Source: Limnochordia bacterium (GTDB lineage: Bacteria; Bacillota; Limnochordia; DTU080). Taken from it: DNA of 64,000 nt. The notes under the pieces were generated by a model. It was not told where the DNA came from. It saw only the letters and a list, made by a program, of their open reading frames with translations, and searched no databases. Below are positions 50,894 to 60,949 of this stretch, in pieces; position 1 is the stretch's first letter; every line of letters starts with the position of its first letter. The translations under genes and the position numbers were made by a program. The stretch is taken from contig JBMNJG010000006.1 in assembly GCA_050951545.1 (NCBI GenBank), positions 128,001 to 192,000 of the forward strand, read 5' to 3'.

Positions 50894-52609
50894 CTACAAG
50901 GGCAAGTACGCCAGGAGGCGACCTACCACTCCTCCCACGACGACAGCTACCGCTACTGCTCCGACAAGGATTGCTGCTCCAACCCGCAGCCCCATTTCCT
51001 TGAGCAGCACGAGCACAGACGCAATGCAGGGGGTAAAAAGGGTGATGGTTAGCACGGCCACGAGCGTCTGATGAGGTGTCATAGCTAACGCATACAGGCC
51101 AGCCGCTCCAAAATCACGGCGCACAAGCCCCATCACGAAGGCTCGCGCTGCCTGGGGAGGCAGACGCAACCAAGCCACAGTGAGCGGATAGAACACCCGC
51201 TCAATCCAGCGCAGAAACCCACTCTCCTGCATGAGGGAGATCCCCAAGGCACCGCATGCGAAGATCGATGTGGCCTCTGTAAGGAAGGTCATCACTCTGA
51301 TCATACTCTTCTTGCATACATTGCCCACCCGCGGCCAACGCAGGGGTGGCAGATCCAAGAGCAGGTCTGTAGAACACCCTGGAAGCAATCCGTTCAGTGC
51401 CAGTCCCAAGAGGCCGTACAACAGCAGCAACGTCAGCAGGTACAAGAGCACGTAGCGTGGCCCCAGAGGCACGATGAGAGCCGTGATCACAGCTAGCTGG
51501 GCCGAACACGGGACGACGATGCTCAGAAGGGCCGCGGCAATAATCCTCTCCCGCCGCGAACCGAGCACCCGTGTCGTGAAAAGCGCCATCGTAACACACC
51601 CAAACCCGAGTATCATGGGAATAACCGCCCGGCCGTTCAGGCCGATCCGATTGAGAAAGCGGTCCGTCAGTACCGCCACTCGGGGCAAGTAGCCCGAGTC
51701 CTCGAGAATCGCTAAGGCTAAGTAGAAACCACTTACCATAGGCAGCAGCAGGCCCAAGGCATAGGTGACAGTCATGGTCAAGATGCCGAACTCACCGACC
51801 AAGATCCTGTACGGAAAAGACGCTGGTGACAGCACCTGAGCCACGAGAGCCTTGACCATGGGTTCGTAGATGCCTCGCATCAGTGTCTTTTCGGTAAAGG
51901 TGACGATAGTCTGAGCGGCAAGCACCCCGACCAGTTGATAAACGGCCCACAAAACACCCACCAGCATGATGCCACCGACCAGCGGGTGGGTCGTCCATTC
52001 CTCCCATGATCTACCCGAAACCGGGGATTGTGATCTCACCACATCGCCTACCAGCAAGTCTGCCTGCCGTCGCCGAGCCGGGCCGAGATGCTCACGCCGT
52101 CTGTGACGCCTGGCCTCTGATATGGCTGGCAACAACCCATCCACGCCCTCGCCAGTTATCGCCACCATCGGGACGACTGGCACCCCCAAAGCCCTGGCCA
52201 ACGCCACCACATCCACCTTCAGACCCAAACGCTTCGCCTCATCCATCATGTTGAGGGCGACGACGACAGCCAAGCCAGCCTCAGTAAGCTGTAGCGTTAG
52301 GAAAAGGTCGCGCTTCAGCGTGGTGGCGTTCACGACATTGATGACCACATCACCCTGGAGGATGATGCGACGAGCGATCACCTCCTCGTCGCTGTAGCTT
52401 TCCAGACCATACACACCAGGCGTATCGACCAGCTCATAGCCCATCCAGGTGCCGCGACTCACATCGACCGTAGTACCAGGGAAGTTCGACACATGCACGT
52501 ACAAGCCCGTAAGCCTGTTGAAAAGCACTGACTTGCCGCAGTTGGGATTGCCAGCCAGCACGATGCGCCGCGGTACGTGTGTCGCATTTCCAGGTCCAAA
52601 GGCATGCAT
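50894..52609 (-). CDS. feoB: Ferrous iron transporter B
   Basis: AGNPNCGKS, NFPGTTV, DTPG.Y, NMMD, LEDSGYLPR, LGFGC, VPCSAQ. Confidence 0.93.
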   Translation of the reverse strand: MHAFGPGNATHVPRRIVLAGNPNCGKSVLFNRLTGLYVHVSNFPGTTVDVSRGTWMGYELVDTPGVYGLESYSDEEVIARRIILQGDVVINVVNATTLKRDLFLTLQLTEAGLAVVVALNMMDEAKRLGLKVDVVALARALGVPVVPMVAITGEGVDGLLPAISEARRHRRREHLGPARRRQADLLVGDVVRSQSPVSGRSWEEWTTHPLVGGIMLVGVLWAVYQLVGVLAAQTIVTFTEKTLMRGIYEPMVKALVAQVLSPASFPYRILVGEFGILTMTVTYALGLLLPMVSGFYLALAILEDSGYLPRVAVLTDRFLNRIGLNGRAVIPMILGFGCVTMALFTTRVLGSRRERIIAAALLSIVVPCSAQLAVITALIVPLGPRYVLLYLLTLLLLYGLLGLALNGLLPGCSTDLLLDLPPLRWPRVGNVCKKSMIRVMTFLTEATSIFACGALGISLMQESGFLRWIERVFYPLTVAWLRLPPQAARAFVMGLVRRDFGAAGLYALAMTPHQTLVAVLTITLFTPCIASVLVLLKEMGLRVGAAILVGAVAVAVVVGGVVGRLLAYLPL

Positions 52610-52613
52610 ACTA

Positions 52614-52871
52614 TCAACCTCCCGCTGAAGCGTAGGAGACGTCTCTCACGAGGACTTGCTCGGCAATCCTTCGGCCCACTGCCATCCTGGCTCTTCCACA
52701 GCGCACAACCACCGGGCCGCGGTACAAGTTGCGGACGCAATCGACGATGGTACCCTCCACCAAACCCATGCGCAGAAGGTGCTCAGCACACCGCTGGTCT
52801 TGAACAGCCACGATCCGGTATCGACCACCGGGCCGCGTCTGGGCCAAGAGTCTTTCCTGAGCCCGTATCAC
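52614..52871 (-). CDS. feoA: Ferrous iron transport protein A
   Basis: LLRMGLVEG, GPVVV, AVGRRIAEQV; directly upstream of feoB. Confidence 0.88.
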   Translation of the reverse strand: MIRAQERLLAQTRPGGRYRIVAVQDQRCAEHLLRMGLVEGTIVDCVRNLYRGPVVVRCGRARMAVGRRIAEQVLVRDVSYASAGG

Positions 52872-52879
52872 CCCAGCGC

Positions 52880-52936
52880 CCTCCTAGTAAACGTGTTACG
52901 CTGTGCGGACATATCGACGGACAACGACGCGCGTAT
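52880..52936 (-). repeat. Dispersed 5'-leader repeat, copy D
   Basis: Minus: tacgcgcgtcgttgtccgtcgatatgtccgcacagcgtaacacgtttactaggagg. Confidence 0.75.
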
Positions 52937-53108
52937 TCCTCTGTCAGAGCTGGTAAAGGCTTATGGTCACAAGAAAGCGGGAAATTCTCGCACGCTGAAG
53001 AATAGGTAGCAACATACAGCTCCACACATTCGGCCTTGCCCGATAGACACTCGTACGTATGCAGTCATATGGAGGAGATCACAGTGGCAGAACCATTGCG
53101 GCATTCTA

Positions 53109-54107
53109 TTGGACAAGTGCAGGGGTAGCCGTTCACGGAGCAGGGCCCAGGCCTTCGTGAGCATTGGCATACTCCTGATTCTCGCTGCGGGGATCTTTGC
53201 CGTAGAGGCCCAGGCTGAGGGTAAGCAAGTGCAGGGCAATGTGGTACGCGTCGGCTCGGACTACGTGGTTGACGCAAGCACCTCATTCAGTGGAAACATC
53301 ATCGTCTTTGGCGGCAACATCTCGATACAGGGCGCTCTGGAAGGGCGAGCTATCGCTGTGGGAGGCACGGTTCGTGTCGAAGGAAATGTCGCTGGTGACA
53401 TAGTGGCTATTGGCGGTCGCACAGTTCTCTTGCGGGGGGCCGCGATTACTGGCAGTGTAAATGCGGTGGGTGGGGGCGTAGAGCGGGCGGAGAACGTGGA
53501 ACTATGCGGCGAAGTGAACAGTATCAGCTTGGCTCAAGGCCTGCGTGTACCCCAGTTTCGTCTATTCCCCTTTCAGCCCCGATCAGTGCCCGTCTACACT
53601 CTTTACCTGCTAGGACTCTATCTTACTGTTCTAGCGGTGGGCTACCTGTTCCCTGAACACGCCCGCACTGCGGGTAGCGTACTGGCCGCCCTCCCTTGGC
53701 GTAGTCTGTGGGTTGGAGCGGTGGCCCTACTGCTGATCGTACCACTGACAGTTCTGATGGTGCTCTCGGTGATAGGCCGCCCCCTCATTCTTGTGTTGTG
53801 GCTGGGTTTTCTAGTAGCGAAACTGCTTGGCTACGTCGCTATGGTACGCGTCACGGGAGCTCTACTGGTGGAGCGTCTGGGGTATCACACTTGTACTGCG
53901 ATCCACGTAGCCTCCGGAGTCGTAGTTCTCGGGCTGTTGCGCGCCATTCCATTTGTTGGTGTCATCTCTGGAATCGTTGTCTTTCTCGGTGGCCTGGGTG
54001 CCGCGCTGATCAGCCGTCTCGGAATGGGTGGAAGCTGGTTTTCGCTTCCTCCAAAGTGTCGGGCACGCAAGAGTTCTAAGGGCAGTTCGGCAGCGAGGGA
54101 TGCCTAA
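53109..54107 (+). CDS. Bactofilin-like beta-helix domain + multi-TM membrane protein
   Basis: Repeated G(N/D)IVxxGGxVxxxG turns followed by several TM segments, AIPFVG motif. Confidence 0.75.
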   Translation: MDKCRGSRSRSRAQAFVSIGILLILAAGIFAVEAQAEGKQVQGNVVRVGSDYVVDASTSFSGNIIVFGGNISIQGALEGRAIAVGGTVRVEGNVAGDIVAIGGRTVLLRGAAITGSVNAVGGGVERAENVELCGEVNSISLAQGLRVPQFRLFPFQPRSVPVYTLYLLGLYLTVLAVGYLFPEHARTAGSVLAALPWRSLWVGAVALLLIVPLTVLMVLSVIGRPLILVLWLGFLVAKLLGYVAMVRVTGALLVERLGYHTCTAIHVASGVVVLGLLRAIPFVGVISGIVVFLGGLGAALISRLGMGGSWFSLPPKCRARKSSKGSSAARDA

Positions 54108-54175
54108 CGGCCAGCTATGTGTGGTACAATGGTGCTGTAGAGAATATTTCGCTCTATTCGACGAGGAGGCGATCT

Positions 54176-54745
54176 ATGATGAACGCGACCTCCGGTGTTC
54201 ATGCCCAGGCTGCGTCCGGAAGACCCTGCTCCCAGGCGCGCAAAGCGCCATCGTTCGCCCAAGCCCTCGTCTGTTGCCAGCGTTGCCTAAAAGGAACGCC
54301 CGAAGACTACCACGCCTGCGTATGCATCGGCAAACTGGCCTACCTGCATAAGGAGTACCACTGCGCCACACAGCACTATCTGCGTGCCGCGGCCCTCAGT
54401 CTTTTCCGTCACCTCGACCAACCCGGCTTACGTCGGCTACGCAAAAGGACTAGCATCGCCCCCCATCGCGCACGACAGGACGCCGCATCTATCCTCAAGG
54501 AGTACGAGCCAACGCTGTTGTATCATCTCGGGCACGCACGTCACGCCACGACGACACACAACGCAGAGGAGTACGATACCCATCTGATGCACTACACCAA
54601 AGGCATTCGCGGTCTGACGCCACTAGCCTACGACCCCTCACCGAACCTACTTGCACACTTCCACGAGGAGGGGCTCACCGCATTGCATCAGGGCGGTGAC
54701 TTCATACTCACTGTGGTAGAGCAGTACAGCCGATTCTGCGAGTAA
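54176..54745 (+). CDS. Hypothetical protein with a TPR-like segment
   Basis: GAGGAGG RBS; TGnTACAAT extended -10 at ~54122-54130. Confidence 0.6.
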   Translation: MMNATSGVHAQAASGRPCSQARKAPSFAQALVCCQRCLKGTPEDYHACVCIGKLAYLHKEYHCATQHYLRAAALSLFRHLDQPGLRRLRKRTSIAPHRARQDAASILKEYEPTLLYHLGHARHATTTHNAEEYDTHLMHYTKGIRGLTPLAYDPSPNLLAHFHEEGLTALHQGGDFILTVVEQYSRFCE

Positions 54746-54850
54746 GCTGCGCTTTCTTCCATTGTTTCACACACAAGATCTAGAAAGGATGCTATACTCA
54801 AAGGGATGTTGGGCAGTTCTCAGAAGAGATGTGGGCAAGGAGGAGATTCT

Positions 54851-55933
54851 GTGAAGCATTCCCGTCGCCTTGTGATGAGAGTTCTACCCTTTGCTATCGT
54901 AGCCACATTGGTTGCCAGTGGTACGCTCGCCGCTGCACCTACACTATCAGTCTCGCAGGCAGTGGAGTTAGGTTTGAGTCAGAACATTTCCCTGAAAATA
55001 GCGGAGCTGAACAACTTTACCGCTCAGATAGCCTACGAGAAGGTAGTCGCCAGCAATCCTACCCCTGTAACTCGTCGCTCTGCGGAGATCAACTGGGAAA
55101 AGGCTCAAGACGCCTTCCGAGCTGCGAAGATCGATGTCGTCATCTCTACTTTAGGGTCTTACGTCGCACTTCAGAATACTGCTTTCGACCTTCAGATCAA
55201 GGAGAAGCAAGCTGACGTCGCCCTGCGCAACTGGGAAAAGACCCAGATTCTGGTACAGAAGGGAACGGCAGGTGTCCTTGACGAACTGCAAGCACAGCTA
55301 AACTATACCTCTGCTGCCAATAACCTTGCTAAAGCCCAAGACAGCTTCGCTGAGAGCACGACGGCTTTTGCCAATATGTTGGGCGTAGACGAGCTGCCCC
55401 AACTCTCTGAGGCGAATCTGCTACTGATTCCTGAGATAGAGATAACCGCCGACGAGGCACTGCAGACAGCTCTGGCCCACAGCCTAACGATCAAAGACAA
55501 AGAAGTGGCCCTGGAACTCGCCCAGATCCAGCGGACACAAGATGAGCTGCTAGGCCTGGCCCGGGCAGATGACAGCCTCTCAAAGAACAGCCTGAAACTG
55601 GCGGAACTAAACCTGGCCAAAGCACGTGCTGACTTCACGGAAGACGTCATCTCCTCCTACAATGCTCTCGTTCAGCTCAAGAAGAGCCTGGCAATGGCCC
55701 AAAGCTCGCTGGAGATGGAGACGCGTAAGTTTGACATTGTGCGCAAGCAGTATGATGCAGGCCTGAAGACCCCCAGCGAGGTCGAGAACAGCGAGATCGC
55801 ACTTCTCTCGTCTCAGAGGGATCTTCGCAACGCCCATCGTTCCTACGTTCTGGCATGGCTGTCTTTCCAGAAGACGCTTGGCAACGACATCGACCTGAGT
55901 GGGGTTGTGAAACCCGATGCGAGCGACAACTAA
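54851..55933 (+). CDS. TolC-family outer membrane efflux protein
   Basis: Signal peptide, LSVSQAVELGLSQN, duplicated coiled-coil repeat, QYDAGLKT. Confidence 0.8.
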   Translation: MKHSRRLVMRVLPFAIVATLVASGTLAAAPTLSVSQAVELGLSQNISLKIAELNNFTAQIAYEKVVASNPTPVTRRSAEINWEKAQDAFRAAKIDVVISTLGSYVALQNTAFDLQIKEKQADVALRNWEKTQILVQKGTAGVLDELQAQLNYTSAANNLAKAQDSFAESTTAFANMLGVDELPQLSEANLLLIPEIEITADEALQTALAHSLTIKDKEVALELAQIQRTQDELLGLARADDSLSKNSLKLAELNLAKARADFTEDVISSYNALVQLKKSLAMAQSSLEMETRKFDIVRKQYDAGLKTPSEVENSEIALLSSQRDLRNAHRSYVLAWLSFQKTLGNDIDLSGVVKPDASDN

Positions 55934-57350
55934 AACCAAGATAGTCCCTGTTGTCCTGCTCAGTCTGGCCATAATGGTACTTCCTTCCATTGAGGCTGAG
56001 CAAGCCACACTTACCTGGGAGCAGGCCATCTCTCGATCGCTGATCTATCATCCGAGTGTAACCTCAGCGATCAAAGCTGAAGAGGCGGCTCAGAGGGCGC
56101 TTGAGAGGGCCTCCGCTGCCTATGCTCCGCAGCTCACCCTATCGTCGAAGCCTGCCAGCACGGGGAATCGGCAGGACAGTGCTGGGAAATATCAGCGGTA
56201 CACTGAGGGTGAGGCCCGACTGACCGCGGGCTTGGCGACATCGGTTGGGGCCTCTGGGTCGGCTGCCTTAGGCCACACCTGGTCTCAGAGGCAACACCAG
56301 GGCCGCTCCTTCCTCTCCTTGGCAGCTACCGCCAGTCTAGATCCGAGGGGGCGTCTGTACAGCAGCACACGTATGGCCTTGGAAAAGGCGCGCATCACAG
56401 CTCAGAAGGCCGCCTGGGATCGTCAGGAACAAGCACAGGCGACGGCACTGAGCGTCCTTTCGACGTTCTGGCGCCTGGAACTTGATGCCCAAAGACTAGC
56501 CATAACTCGTGAGAGCCGGGAGAGGCAGGCAGATATCTACGCCCGAGTACTCGAACGCAAGAGACTGGGTCTCGCCACCGATACCGATGTGCTGGAGGCT
56601 GAGATCGAATGGTGCCAAGCGGAAGTGGCTGAGCAGAAAGCAGAGGCGGAATACCGCACCCGCCTGCTGGCCTTTGCCCGGGATCTTGAGCTGCCGTCGG
56701 AGATCGCGCTCGCTCCCTCGGGGGGCTTTCCTGAGCATGAACTCGTAGACAACCTTGACAGGTCGGCCCTGGAACAGGCAGCGCGTGAGCAGAGCCTAGC
56801 GGTACGCAAACGCAGTCTTGACGTAGGTTACAGCACGCTCGAACTTCAGCAGGCCAAAGCGGCGCGTTGGCCAGACATCGCTGTATCGGGAAATTACAGC
56901 ATACCTGACCTATCCAAGACTGATACGACTGTCCGACCCTGGGGAGTCTTCATCAACGTGGAGCTGCCCATTCTTGACGGTGGACGCCGTCGTCTGAGCG
57001 TCGCGGACAGAGAAGCGGAACTGCAGAGTGCACAAGCAGCCATGATGCGTGACCAAGAGGGCACACTCAGTACGCTGCAGCAGAAGGTGACCAACTGGGA
57101 GATCGCCCGCCGTAACGTACAGATCGCCCGTTTGAAACTGACGCACGCCCAGCTCGAGGAGACGCTGAAGATACGGCAACACACCAGCGGCCTAGTGAGC
57201 GACTCGGCTTTGCGCGCAGCACATACAGAGACTCTTCTCGCCGCTGTGGCTCTGCAAGATGCCGTCCACGCACAAGCTCTTTCGCAACTAGAGATCAGTG
57301 CCATGGCCGGAGAGACACTCACCGTCGGAGGCAGACAGCTACTTCCGTGA
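55917..57350 (+). CDS. TolC-family outer membrane efflux protein
   Basis: LTWEQAI..HPSV, LGLATDTDVLEA, AKAARWPDIAVSG, VELPILDGG. Confidence 0.85.
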   Translation: MRATTKTKIVPVVLLSLAIMVLPSIEAEQATLTWEQAISRSLIYHPSVTSAIKAEEAAQRALERASAAYAPQLTLSSKPASTGNRQDSAGKYQRYTEGEARLTAGLATSVGASGSAALGHTWSQRQHQGRSFLSLAATASLDPRGRLYSSTRMALEKARITAQKAAWDRQEQAQATALSVLSTFWRLELDAQRLAITRESRERQADIYARVLERKRLGLATDTDVLEAEIEWCQAEVAEQKAEAEYRTRLLAFARDLELPSEIALAPSGGFPEHELVDNLDRSALEQAAREQSLAVRKRSLDVGYSTLELQQAKAARWPDIAVSGNYSIPDLSKTDTTVRPWGVFINVELPILDGGRRRLSVADREAELQSAQAAMMRDQEGTLSTLQQKVTNWEIARRNVQIARLKLTHAQLEETLKIRQHTSGLVSDSALRAAHTETLLAAVALQDAVHAQALSQLEISAMAGETLTVGGRQLLP

Positions 57351-57454
57351 GCTCTCGGCGGACAAGCCCTAAGCAACCACGAGGCGGCCGCTGCTGGCCG
57401 CCTCGATTGCAGGTGGCACTGATCCGAAACTCGATCTGAAAAAGGAGTACCGCC

Positions 57455-58471
57455 TTGGAACGCACTTCCTGGGAATCCCGCCTGAGCCATCGCCAAGTCA
57501 AGACACGATTGCAGGCCGTGCAAGAGATCGCCGGCAGCAAGGACCCTGCGCGCATGCCTCTACTGCTACGCGCCCTACAGGATCGGTCGAATTTCGTGGT
57601 AGCCGCTGCCGCCAGAGGCCTTAGTACATCGCCAAGCCAGCAAGCCATAGAGCCCTTGATGCAGCGCTTCCGATGGCTAGACGAAAAGGGCAAGACCCGG
57701 GATGCCACCTGCGCTGCCCGCATCGCGATCATTCCTGCTCTCGTCGCTTGCGAGGCCGCCGAAGCTGGCGATCTCTACCTACGAGCCATCAGAACCGTCC
57801 AAATCGAGCCCTCCGGCATGGGTGTGGAGGATGTCGCCATTCCTCTGCGAATTGAGGCGGCGACGGCGTTGGCGACTTTTCGCATTCCTGGCACGCTCCT
57901 TGCGCTGGCCATCCTGCTAGTCGATGCCTCCCCTGTAGCACGTGCAGCAGCAGCCACCGCACTGGAGTACCTCGGCGATCCCGGTGCGGTGGCTGTGTTG
58001 GGCATGCGCTTAGCCAGGCCCGGGGCCGAAGAGCCCGAAGTCCTGGTCGCTTGCATGGATGCCCTCGTCAACCTCGATGCTGACGCGGCCCTCCAGCTAG
58101 TCTCACCATTTTTGGAGAGCACCGATCCGTACCTAGTCGCTGGGGCAGCAACGGCCTTGGCGAGACTGGGGCAGTCGTATCACGAGAAAGTGCTGGTTCT
58201 GTTAGAAGAGGCCTGTGACCGGACTGCCGCACAAGCCCGAGAGGCTGTCATTCTGGCCATCGCCTCCATGCGGTCCGATGCTACGGCGGTAAGCCTTAGT
58301 CGACTGGCCAACCACCACGAAGCGGCCGTGCGCTTGGCCACTGTGATGGCTTTGGAACAGCGGGCCGACGCAGAGTCAGAACGCTTGCTTCGAGAGCTTG
58401 CAGCACGGACCACCGATCGCCAGGTATCCCGTGCTGCCAAAGAGGTACTGCAACGGCTCGCACAGTCCTAG
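57455..58471 (+). CDS. HEAT-repeat protein
   Basis: LQDRSNFVVAAAARGL, DASPVARAAAATAL, EAAVRLATVMAL; AAGGAG RBS. Confidence 0.82.
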   Translation: MERTSWESRLSHRQVKTRLQAVQEIAGSKDPARMPLLLRALQDRSNFVVAAAARGLSTSPSQQAIEPLMQRFRWLDEKGKTRDATCAARIAIIPALVACEAAEAGDLYLRAIRTVQIEPSGMGVEDVAIPLRIEAATALATFRIPGTLLALAILLVDASPVARAAAATALEYLGDPGAVAVLGMRLARPGAEEPEVLVACMDALVNLDADAALQLVSPFLESTDPYLVAGAATALARLGQSYHEKVLVLLEEACDRTAAQAREAVILAIASMRSDATAVSLSRLANHHEAAVRLATVMALEQRADAESERLLRELAARTTDRQVSRAAKEVLQRLAQS

Positions 58472-58478
58472 ACCAATC

Positions 58479-59279
58479 TCATCTACTCGCCAGCCATGTG
58501 GCACAAAGTTCTGGCCAGGCCCGCACCTGCGGATGTTCGGCGGCCAAGCCCAGACCGTGTCGGCCATCGGGGAAGATGTGCATCTCCCAAGGAACGCCGT
58601 GACGACTGAGTGCTGCGGCAAACATGAGACTGTTTTCCACGGGCACTCCTGCGTCGTTCGCCGTATGCCACAAGAAGGTGGACGGCGTGGCCTCCGTCAC
58701 CTGCTGCTCATTCGACAGATGCCTACGCATCTCCTCAGAAGGCTCCGGCCCCAACAGATTACGCATAGAGCCCAAGTGAGCATACTGATCGCCAAAGGTG
58801 ATCACCGGGTAGCATAGAATCAGAAAATCGGGTCGGCAGCTATGCCGCATAACTGGATCGGACGCAGAAAGGGAGCCTGCATCGAAATGCGTTCCAGCGG
58901 TTGCCGCCAGGTGTCCGCCTGCCGAAAAACCCAAGATCCCCACTCGCTGGGGATCGATCCCCCACTCTTTGGCCTTGTAGCGCACAAGGCGCAATGCCCT
59001 TTGGGCATCCATCAGCGGATAAGGATGACGATAGGGGGCTACACGGTAACGCAGCACCACTGCACACAGACCTATGGCGTTAAGCCAACGAGCGACGGGC
59101 TCTCCTTCATGGGCAGCCCTGTGGGCGTACCCACCCCCCGGGCACACCACCACGGCAGCCCGGGCCTGCTCACCGCCCAACAGGTACGGTGTAAGCGAAG
59201 GCTGGTCTTCTTCTCCACTGCCCAAAGCTCCCGGTACCTGCTCGTTCCATAGTGGAACATCCGACCTCATGGTCATCAT
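58479..59279 (-). CDS. Alpha/beta hydrolase (BD-FAE/esterase-like)
   Basis: VVCPGGGY, GFSAGGHLA, RPDFLILCYPVI, HGLGL. Confidence 0.9.
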   Translation of the reverse strand: MMTMRSDVPLWNEQVPGALGSGEEDQPSLTPYLLGGEQARAAVVVCPGGGYAHRAAHEGEPVARWLNAIGLCAVVLRYRVAPYRHPYPLMDAQRALRLVRYKAKEWGIDPQRVGILGFSAGGHLAATAGTHFDAGSLSASDPVMRHSCRPDFLILCYPVITFGDQYAHLGSMRNLLGPEPSEEMRRHLSNEQQVTEATPSTFLWHTANDAGVPVENSLMFAAALSRHGVPWEMHIFPDGRHGLGLAAEHPQVRAWPELCATWLASR

Positions 59280-59284
59280 TTGCA

Positions 59285-59364
59285 CTCCCCTAGAAAGTCG
59301 TGTCATGCTGTGCGGGCATGTCGGCGGCCTCCGATTCTTGCCAAGCGATGGTGTCGATCTTCAC
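59285..59364 (-). repeat. Dispersed 5'-leader repeat, copy E
   Basis: Minus: gtgaagatcgacaccatcgcttggcaagaatcggaggccgccgacatgcccgcacagcatgacacgactttctaggggag. Confidence 0.8.
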
Positions 59365-59393
59365 GTCTGGTTGGCCGCCGCGTCGCAAAAACG

Positions 59394-60782
59394 CTAGAAG
59401 ACAAGCCGCTCGTGCAACCACCCGGCCACCTCGGCGACGGGAAGACGCACCTGCTCCATGGAATCACGCTCACGAATCGTGACAGCACCATCATCCGGGG
59501 ACTCAAAATCATAGGTGATGCAGTAGGGTGTGCCAATTTCGTCCTGGCGCCGATACCGCTTGCCAATGCTGGCCGTCTCATCGTAGTCGATCATGAAATG
59601 CTTCCGTAGCGTCGCATAGACCTCGCTCGCCTGCTCGCTTAGCTTGCGCGACAGCGGTAGCACAGCGGCCTTGTAGGGAGCCAGCGCCGGATGCAGACGC
59701 AGGACGACCCGGGTATCGCCACCAGCCAGCTTCTCTTCACAATAGGCGTCGGTCAGGAAAGCGAGGAAGAGACGCTCTACGCCCACCGAAGGCTCGACGC
59801 AGAAGGGGACGTACCTCTCTTTTGTGAAGGGATCGAGATACGTAAAGTCCTCGCCAGATGCCTCAGCATGACTCCGCAGGTCATAGTCCGTGCGATCGGC
59901 GATGCCCCATAGCTCACCCCAGCCAAAGGGGAAGCGGTACTCAATGTCGCTGGTGGCCTTGCTATAATGCGACAGCTCCTCTGGAGCATGGTCGCGCAAG
60001 CGCAACCGCTCCTCGCCAAGCCCTAAGCTGTGCAACCAATCGTAGCAGAAGTTGCGCCAGTAACTGAACCACTCCAAGTCCTCTCCGGGTTTGCAGAAGA
60101 ACTCGAGTTCCATCTGCTCAAACTCGCGGGTTCGGAAGACAAAGTTGCCAGGTGTGATCTCATTGCGAAACGCCTTGCCGATCTGGGCAATGCCCAGAGG
60201 TAACTTGGTGCGGGTGGTCCGCAGCACATTACGGAAGTTGACAAAGATGCCTTGGGCCGTCTCCGGTCGCAGGTACACTACCGCTTGGGAATCCTCAGTG
60301 ACCCCCTGGAAGGTCTTAAACATCATGTTGAAGCGGCGGACGTCCGTGAAGTCACGGGCCCCGCACTGCGGGCAGCCGATCTCTTGACCACGGATGAATT
60401 CCATCAACCGCTCGTTAGACCACCCGTCGGCATTGATCTCCTGACCTTGAGCGGCTACCCAGTCATCGACAAGTTTGTCCGCTCGAAAACGCGACTTGCA
60501 GACGCGGCAGTCGGTCAGAGGATCTGTGAAGCTGGAGAGATGCCCAGAGACGTCCCACACCTGGGGGTTCATCAGTATTGCAGCATCCATTCCGACGTTG
60601 TGGGGTGATTCCTGCACGAACTTCTGCCACCAAGCTTGCTTGATGTTGTTTTTCATCTCCACGCCCAACGGCCCGTAATCCCAGGCATTAGCCAGACCTC
60701 CATAGATCTGTGAGCCGGGAAAGACAAAGCCGCGTGTCTTGCAGAGGGCCACAATCTTCTCCATCGTCGTTGTTTCTTCCAT
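59394..60782 (-). CDS. glyQS: Glycine--tRNA ligase (homodimeric type)
   Basis: [67 protein letters not shown]. Confidence 0.97.
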   Translation of the reverse strand: MEETTTMEKIVALCKTRGFVFPGSQIYGGLANAWDYGPLGVEMKNNIKQAWWQKFVQESPHNVGMDAAILMNPQVWDVSGHLSSFTDPLTDCRVCKSRFRADKLVDDWVAAQGQEINADGWSNERLMEFIRGQEIGCPQCGARDFTDVRRFNMMFKTFQGVTEDSQAVVYLRPETAQGIFVNFRNVLRTTRTKLPLGIAQIGKAFRNEITPGNFVFRTREFEQMELEFFCKPGEDLEWFSYWRNFCYDWLHSLGLGEERLRLRDHAPEELSHYSKATSDIEYRFPFGWGELWGIADRTDYDLRSHAEASGEDFTYLDPFTKERYVPFCVEPSVGVERLFLAFLTDAYCEEKLAGGDTRVVLRLHPALAPYKAAVLPLSRKLSEQASEVYATLRKHFMIDYDETASIGKRYRRQDEIGTPYCITYDFESPDDGAVTIRERDSMEQVRLPVAEVAGWLHERLVF

Positions 60783-60843
60783 ACCGTTAAGCTCCCCTCA
60801 TCGGAACAGAGGCTGCCTGGCGCCTCACCGCACATGATAGGTT

Positions 60844-60878
60844 GAAAACCAGGAACCCGACATGGCCGGGCTCCTGGC
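60844..60878 (-). terminator. Rho-independent terminator after the Gfo gene
   Basis: Minus: gccaggagcccg-gccatgt-cgggttcctggt-tttc. Confidence 0.7.
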
Positions 60879-60949
60879 TCCAAGTTCGATATCCGTGTGT
60901 AGCCTGCTTCCCGCCTGGGCCACGTATGCGCACCGCCTGCCTGGGTGCC

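Noticed and set aside
38003-59364. Dispersed repeat as integron attC sites or group II intron domain V
   Set aside because: No RYYYAAC...GTTRRRY palindrome, no integrase, no domain V consensus; flanking genes are housekeeping-like
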